Of a stretch of 64,000 nucleotides of DNA, positions 55,910-64,000 are shown piece after piece. Below the pieces are notes generated by a model. The model saw nothing but the letters and a program-made list of their open reading frames with translations, had not been told where the DNA came from and made no database searches. Position numbers and translations under genes: made by a program. This DNA is from the human T2T-CHM13v2.0 reference genome, Homo sapiens. The DNA is taken from NCBI RefSeq assembly GCF_009914755.1, contig NC_060931.1; one strand, 5' to 3'. Positions within the stretch are counted from its first letter, which is position 1, and every line of letters begins with the position of its first letter.

Positions 55910-58900
55910 GTTGAGTCAAGTTAGTCAATATTTTTCAAGTCTTATATACTTGCTGATTTTTTACAATTTTAGTTGTTCTATATTATTATTGAGAGTATTG
56001 TATTAACATATGCATCTATTATTGTTGATAGTGTATTTTCCCTTCAATTATAGTAGTTTTGCTTCATGTACTTTGCAACTATATTGCTAGATCAACATAT
56101 GTATACAATTCTTATGTCTTCCTGATGAATTTACATGTTTATTATTATAAAACCTACTTCTTTGTGTTGACTAACCATTTTCGTCTTAAACTCTATTTTG
56201 TCTGACATTAGTATAGAGGCATCACCTTTCTTTTGTTGACAGTTTTCAGGATAATATCCTTCCCATCATTATATTTTTATCCTATTTGTGTCTTTGAATC
56301 TAAAGTGTGTCTCTTACAAAAGCATTTAGTGGGATTATTTAAAAAATTCATTCTTTCAATACATATGTCATATGATTCATGTTTTTAATCCATTTACATT
56401 TCATGTAGTTACTGATATGAGGGATTGACAAGTGCAACTTTATTATTTGTTTTCTATGTCTTAAGTTTTTTGTTTCTTTATTCCTTTATTAGTACCTTCT
56501 TCGAGAAACATTGATGTTTTCTATTGCACAACTTTAAGTTTTCTGTTGTTTCACTATATTTTAAAATTATTTCCTTAGTGATTGCCTTGGAGATTACAGG
56601 TAACAACTTTTAACAATATAGTTTGAATTAATATCAACTTAATTTCAACTGGGAATGTATAAATTACTCCAATATACCTTCATTCTTCATGCCCTCTCTT
56701 TTGTGCTCTCATTATTATACAAATTACATCTTCATAGATTTTATGCCCCCTGGCACAAATTTATAACTATTGCTTTATGCTATTATCTTTTAAATCAGAT
56801 AGCAGAAACAATTATCAAAAACAAAAAATACACCTATATACTGTCCTTCATATTTACCCATGTAGTTAGCTTTACTGGTACTTTTTATTTCTTAATATGA
56901 ATTTAAGTTAGCCTAGTGTTCTTTCGTTTTATCATGAAAGTCACCTGTTATTATTTCTTGTGGGCAAAGTCTGCTAGTGAAGAATTCTGTCAGTTTTCGT
57001 TTTTGTGGAAACATCTTAATTTCTCTTTCATTTTTGAAGGATAGTTTTTCTAGACAGAGAATTTTTGATTGACAATATTTCCTTTCAACACTTTATTTTT
57101 TTAAATTTTTAAAATTATACTTTAAGTTCTAGGGTACATGTGCACAACATGCAGGTTTGTTATGTAGGTATACATGTGTCATGTTGGTTTGCTGCACCCA
57201 TCAACTCGTCATTTACATTAGGTATTTTTCCTACTGCTGTCCCTCCTCCGGCCCCCCACCCCCCGACAGGCCCCGGTGTGTGATATTTCCCACTCTGTAT
57301 CCGTGTGGTCTCATTGTTCAACTCCCACCTATGAGTGAGAACATGCGGTGTTTGGTTTTCTGTCCTTGTGATAGTTTGCTGAGAATGATGGTTTCCAGCT
57401 TCATCCATGTCCCCACAAAGGACATGAACTCATCCATTTTTATGGCTGCATAGTATTCCATGGCATATATGTGCCACATTTACTTAATCCAGTCTATCAT
57501 TGATGGACATTTGGTTGGTTCCAAGTCTTTGCTATTGTGAATAGTGCTGCAATAAACATATGTGTGCATGTGTCTTTATAGTAGCATGGGTATATACTGA
57601 GTAATGGGATTGCTAGGTCAAATGGTATTTCTAGTTCTAGATCCTTGAGGAATCGCCACACAGTCTTCCACAATGGTTGAACTAATTTACACTCCCAACC
57701 AACAGTGTAAAAACGTTCCTATTTGTCCACATCCTCTCCAGCATCTGTTGTTTCTTGACTTTTTATTGATCGCCATTCTAACTGGTGTGAGATGGTATCT
57801 CATTGTGGTTTTGATTTTCAGTTCTCTGATGACTGGTGATGATGAGCATTTTTTCATATGTCTGTTGGCTACATAAATGTCTTCTTTTGGAAAGTGTCTT
57901 TTCATATCCTTTACCTACTTTTTAATGAGGTTGTTCGTTTTTTTCTTGTAAATTTGTTTAAGTTCTTTGTAGATTCTGGATATTAGCCATTTGTCAGATG
58001 GGTAGATTGCAAAGACTTTCTCCCATTCTGTAGGCTGCCTGTTCACTCTGATGATAGTTTCTTTTGCTGTGCAGAAGCTCTTTAGTTTAATTAGAACCAA
58101 TTGGCTATTTTGGCTTTTGTTGCCATTCTTTTGGTGTTTCAGTCATGAAGTCTTTGCACATGCCTATGTCCTGAATGGTATTGCCTAGGTTTTCTTCTAG
58201 GGTTTTTATGGTTTAGGTCTTACATTTAAGTCTTTTTTCCATCTTGAGTTAATTTTTGTATAAGGTGTAAGGAAGGGATCCAGTTTCAACTTTCTACATA
58301 TGGCTAGCCAGTTTTCCCAGCACCATTTATTAAATACAGAATCCTTTCCCCATTTCTTGTTTTTCTCAGGTTTGTCAAAGATTAGATGGTTGTAGATGTG
58401 TAGTGTTACTTCTGAGGCCTCTGTTCTGTTCCCTTGTTCTATATATCTGTTTTGGTACCAGTACCATGCTGTCTTTTAGCATAGTTTGAAGTCAGGTAGT
58501 GTGACGCCTCCAGCTTTGTTCTTTTTGGTTAGGATTGTCTTGGCTATGCAGGCTCTTTTTTGGTTCCATGTGAATTTTAAAGTAGTTTTTTCCAATTCTG
58601 TGAAGAAAGTCAGTGGTAACTTGATGGGGACAGCATGGAATCTATAAATTACCTTGGGCAGTATGGCCATTTTCACAACATTGATTCTTTCTATCCACGA
58701 GCATGGAATGTTCTTCCATTTGTTTGTGTCCTCTTTTATTTCATTGAGCAGTGGTTTGTAGTTCCCCTTGAAGAGGTCCTTCACATCCCTTGTAAGTTGG
58801 ATTCCTGGATATTTTATTCTCTTTGAAGTAATTGTGAATGGGAGTTCACTCATGATTTGGCTCTCTGTCTATTATTGGTGTATGGGAATGCTTGTGACTT

Positions 58901-61500
58901 TTGCACATTGATTTTGTATCCTGAGACTTTGCTAAATTTGCTTATCAGCTGAAGGAGATTTTGGGCTGAGATGACAGGGTTTTCTAAATATGCAATCAAG
59001 TTTCTGCCGAGAGATCCACTGTTAGTCTGATGGGCTTCCCTTTGTGAATAATCGAATGTTTCTCTCTGGCTGCCCTTTACATTTTTTCCTTCATTTCAAC
59101 CTTGGTGAACTTGACATTTATTTGTCTTTGGGTTGCTCTTCTTGAGGAGTATCTTTGCGGTATTCTCTGTGTTTCCTGAATTTGAATGTTGGCCTGCCTT
59201 GGTAGGTTAGGGAAGTTCTGGATAATATCCTGAAGAGTGTTTTCTAACTTGGTTCCATTCTCCCCGTCACTTTCTGGTACACCAATCAAACGTAGATTTG
59301 GTGTTTTCACATAGTCCCATATTTCTTGGAGGCTTCGTTCGTTTCTTTTCACTCTTTTTTCTCTAATCTTGTCTTCTTGCTTTATTTCATTAATGTGATC
59401 TTCAATCACTGATATCCTTTCTTCCACTTGATTGAATTGGCTGTTGAAGCTTGTGCATGCGTCATGAAGTCCTCGTCCCATGGCTTTCAACTCCGTCTGA
59501 TCATTTAAGGTCTTCTCTACACTGTTTATTCTAGTTAGCCATTTGTCTAACCTTTTTTCAAGGTTTTTAGCTTCCTTGCAATGGGTTAGAACATGCTCCT
59601 TTAGCTTGGAGAAATTTGTAATTACTGACCTTCTGAAAACTACTTCTGTCAACTCGTCAAACTCATTCTCTGTCCAGTTTTGTTCTCTTGCTGGCAAGGA
59701 ACTGCGATCCTTTGGAGGAGAAGAGGTGCTCTGTTTTTTGGTATTTTCAGCTTTCTGCTCTGGTTTCTCCCCATCTTTGTGGTTTTATCTACCTTTGGTC
59801 TTTGATGTTGGTGACCTACAGATGGGGTTTTGGTATGGATGTCCTTTTTGTTGATGTTGATGCTATTCCTTTCTGTTTGTTAGTTTTCCTTCTAATAGTC
59901 AGGTCCCTCAGCTGCAGGTCTGTTGGAGTTTGCTAGAAGTCCACTCCAGACCCTGTTTGCCTGGGTATCACCTGCGGAAGCTACAGAACAGCAAATATTG
60001 CTGCTTGATCCTTCCTCTGGAAGCTTTGTCCCAGAGGGGCACCCACGTGTTTGAGGTGTCTGTCAGCCCCTACTGGGAGGTGTTTCCCAGTCAGGCTACG
60101 TGGGGGTCAGGGACCCGCTTGAGGAGGCAGTCTGTCTGTTCTCAGAGCTCAAATGGCTTGCTGCTGAGAGAACCACTTCCCTCTTTAGAGCTGACAGACA
60201 GGGATGTTTAAGTCTGCAGAAGCTGCCTATTGCCTTTTGTTCTACTATGCCCTCCCCCAGAGGTGGAATCTATAGAAGCAGTAGGCCTTGCTGAGCTGTG
60301 GTGGGCTCTGCTCAGTTAGTGTTTCCCAGCCTCTTTGTTTACACTGTGAGCTACTCAAGCCTCAGCAATAGCAGACACCCCTTGTCAAGCTGCAGCATCA
60401 CATGTCCATCTCAGACTGCTGTGCTAGCAGTGAGTAAGGCTCTGTGGGCAAGGGACCCACTGAGCCAGGCATGAATGGTTATCTCCTCATTTGCCGGTTG
60501 CTAAGACTTTCCTACTGTGGGAAAAGCGCAGTATTTGGTCAGAAGTGTACCATTTCTCCAGGTACAGTCTGTCACAGCTTCCCTTGGCTAGGAAAGGGAA
60601 ATCCCCTGACCCTTTGTGCTTTCTGGGTGAGGTGTCACCCCACTGTGCTTCAGCTCTCCCTCTGTGGGCTGCACCCACTGTCCAACCAGTCCCAATGAGA
60701 TGAACCAGGTAACTCAGTTGGAAATGCAGAAATCACCCGTCTTCTGTGTCGATCTCACTGGGAGCTGCAGACCAGAGCTGTTCCTATTTGGCCATCTTGG
60801 AAGCGGCCCTTTCAACACTTTAAATATGCACCCACTGCCTTCTGGCCTCCACTGTGTGTGATAAGCAATAAACTGTCTTATTGAGGATACCTTGTATGTG
60901 ATACATCACCTCTCTTGCTGATCCCAAGAGTCTCTCCTTGTCTTTGTTTGTTGATAGTTTTGTTATGATACATGTAGATGTGTGTCTCTTTGAGTTTATT
61001 TTACTTGGAGAGTAAATTTTTAGGGTTTTTAGATTAATGGTTTTTATCAAATTCAGAAAATTTTGGTTGCTATTTTTTCAAATATTCTTTCTGATTCTTT
61101 ATCTCTCATCTCTCTTTTCTCATGGTGTGACTCATATTGTACACATATTGTTTGCCTTATGATGTACCACAGACTTTTGAGGCTCTTTTCATTTTTCTTT
61201 GTTATGTTTTCTTTCTGTTCCTCAGATTGCACAATCTCAATGGACTTATCTTTATGTTTGCTGATTCCGCCAGCTCACATCTATTGTTAAGTGCTTCTGA
61301 TAAAATTCTTCTCAGTTATTATACTTTTCAATTCCACAATTTACAAACACACATACACACACCCCATTCAACAGAAATAGAATATAGATATATTTATCAT
61401 CATATTGTAGACTATACATAGAATTGAAATAAAATAGCTTTTTTGATAGTCTCTATTTGGAAGAATATTCTCATCATTCTTATACTTCCCTTTAGTTTTG
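55910..61500 (-). mobile_element. Old L1M ORF1/ORF2-start fragment, host of the L1PA insertion
   Basis: Sequence is continuous across the TSD; ORF 60820-61050 is ORF1p-like (SKINSKRHTSTCIITKL...KERLLGSARE). Confidence 0.7.
57096..60807 (-). mobile_element. L1PA5-7-like LINE-1 with intact 5' end and a large internal deletion
   Basis: 15-bp TSD cctttcaacacttta (57081-57095 / 60808-60822); YY1 site CAAGATGGCC at the 5' end; ORF1 ATG ~59774; ORF1 joins ORF2 at 58998/58999. Confidence 0.92.
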
Positions 61501-61529
61501 TTTTCAGCAGATATGCTCTTTTTTCCTAT

Positions 61530-64000
61530 TTTATTTTTAAAATTATTTTTATTTATTTTTCACTCTCATTTTAGATTCAAGGATGCATGTGCAGGTTTCT
61601 TATACAGGTAAATTGTGTGTCATGACGGTTTGGGCACACATTATTTTTTCACCCAGGTAATAAACATAGCACCTGATAGGTAGATTTTTGATCCTCTCCC
61701 TCCTCCCACCCTCCACTATCAAGTAGGCTCCAGTGCCTGTTGTTCCCTTCTTTGTGTCCATCTGTACTCATTGTTTAGCTCCCACTTTTAAGTGAGAAAA
61801 CGCAGTATTTAATTTCTGTTCCTGCATTAGTTTGCTTAGGATAATGGCCTCCAGCTTCATCCATGTTGCTGCAAAGAACATGATCTCATTCTTTTTTATG
61901 GCTGTATAGTATTACATGGCATATATATAACTACATTTTCTTTATCCAGTCCATCATTGATGGGCACTTAGGTTGATTCCATGTCTTTGCTATTGTGAAT
62001 AGTGCTGTGATGAACATATGCATGCATCTTTATGGTAGAACGATTTACCTTCCTTTGAGTGTATATTCAATAATGGGATGGCTAGGTCAAATGGTACTTC
62101 TCTTTTAAGTTCTTTGAGCCATTTCCTAACTACTTTCCACAATAGCTAAACTAATTTTTATTCCCCTCAGCAGTGCATAAGCATTCCCTTTTCTCTGCAA
62201 CCTCACCAGCAGCTGTTATTTTTTGACTTTTTAATAATAGCCATTCTGATTGGTGAGAAATGGTATCTCATTGTGGTTTCTATTTGCATTTCTCTAATAA
62301 TTAGTAATACTGAACATGTTTTCATATGCTTATTGGTCACATGTATGTCTTCTTTTGAAAAGTGTCTGGTCATGTCCTTTGCCCACTTTTGAATGGTGTT
62401 GTTTGTTTTTTGCTTGTTAATTTGTTTAAGTTCCTTATTGACTCTGGATATTAGACCTTTGTTGGATGTATAGTTTGCAAACATTTTCTCACATTCGGTA
62501 CCTTATCTTTTTACTCTGTTGCTAATTTCTTTTGCTGTGCAAAAGCTCTTTAGTTTAACTAGGTTTCATTTGTCAATTTTTGTTTTTGTTGCAGTTGCTT
62601 TTGGCATGTTCATTAGAATGATATTTGATAGGTTATCTTCCAGTTTTTGTACTTTTAGGTTTTACTTTTAAATCTTTAATTCATCTTGAATTGATTTTTG
62701 TGTATGGTGTAATGAAAGGGTACAATTTCAATCTTTTGCATATGGCTACGCAGTTATGCCAACACTATTGATTGAATAGGGAGTCCTTCTCCCATTGTTT
62801 GTTTTTGTCACCCTTGTTGAAGATCAGATGGTTGTAGGTGTGTGTCTTTATTTCTGAGCTCTCTACTCTGCTCCATTCATCTATGTGTCTGTTTTTGTAA
62901 TAGTTTCATGCTGTTTTTGGTTATTGTAGCCTTTGTGGTATGGTTTTAAGTTGGATAACATGATGCCTCCAGCTTTATTCTTTTTACTTGGAACTGCCTT
63001 GGCTATTTGAGCTCTTTTGTGGTTTCATGTGAATTTTAAGATGGTTTTCTTGAATTCCTTGAGAAGTATTTTGTTTCTACGTTAATTTTAGAATAGTTTT
63101 TGCATAATTCTACAAAAAATGACTTTGTTAGTTTGATAGGAATAGCAATGAATCTGTAAATTGCTTTGGGCAGTATGGCCCTTTTAACAATATTGATTCT
63201 TCCTACCTGTTAACATGGGATGTTTTCCCATTTGTTTGTTTCATTTTGGACTTCTTTGAGCAGTATTTTGTAATTCTCATTGTAGAGATCTTTTATCTCC
63301 ATGGTTACCTGTATTCCTAGGTATTTTATTCTTTTTGTGGTTATTGTGAAAAAGATTGCATTTTGTTTTTGGCTCGGCTTGGATGTTGTTAGTGTATAGA
63401 AATGCTACTAAGTTTTGTACATTTATTTTGTATCCTGAAACTTTGCTGAAGTTGTTTATCAGATCTAGGATCTTTTGGCCAGAGACTACGGGGATTTATA
63501 GGTATAGGATCACATCATCTGCAAACAGAGATAGTTTGACTTCTTCCCTTCCTATTTGGATATCTTCTATTTCTTTATCTTGCCTGATTGCTCTGGCTAA
63601 GACTTATGTTGAGTAGGAGTGGTGAGAGTAGGCATCCTTGTCTTGTTTTGGTTCTCAAGAGGAATGCTTCCAGTTTTTGCACATTCAGTAAGATGTTGGT
63701 TGTGGGTTTGTCCTAGATAGCTCTTATTATTTGGAGGTATGTTTCTTCAATGCCTAGCTTGTTGAGGGTCTTTAACATGAAGAGATATTGAATTTTATTG
63801 AAAGCCTTTTCTGTATCTATTCAGATGATCATGTGGTTTTTGTTTTTAGTTCTGTTTATGTGGTGAATTGCATTTATTTACCTATGTTGAACCAACCTTT
63901 TATCCCAGGGATAAAGCCTGTTTGATTGTGGTGGATTTGCTTTTTCATGTTGCTGCTAGATTCAGTTTGCTAGTATTTTGTTGAGGAGTTTTGCATCCAT
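61530..64000 (-). mobile_element. L1PA15/16-like LINE-1 3' portion, runs off the window
   Basis: 3'UTR (atgtgcaggttt...cacccaggta...ctcccaccctcc) and ORF2-like ORF 62203-62484. Confidence 0.88.

Overview
Primate (most likely human or another catarrhine) non-coding, repeat-dense genomic DNA. I recognise no intact protein-coding gene, tRNA or CRISPR array. Nearly all ORFs in the track are fragments of transposable elements or chance ORFs. Main elements: (1) a two-LTR HERV-K(HML-3)/MER9-type provirus on the minus strand (9922-16866, 6-bp TSD ATTATA) with disrupted gag-pro-pol-env and internal deletions in gag and env; (2) a solo LTR10-family LTR; (3) eight Alus; (4) several MaLR/ERVL LTRs; (5) many L1 fragments, including an L1PA with its 5' end intact but a ~2.4-kb internal deletion (57096-60807, 15-bp TSD); (6) an ancient hAT transposase fossil that the ORF track misses (~32700-35783); (7) a 40-nt tailless 5S rRNA retropseudogene; and (8) an unexplained 70-bp-arm inverted repeat at 21940-22142. 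There are also several candidate non-coding exons and a repeat-free, CpG-retaining island (18.5-19.9 kb) that may be regulatory. I found no convincing previously undescribed biological system. Repeat family names come from my recollection of consensus sequences and need Dfam/RepeatMasker confirmation.
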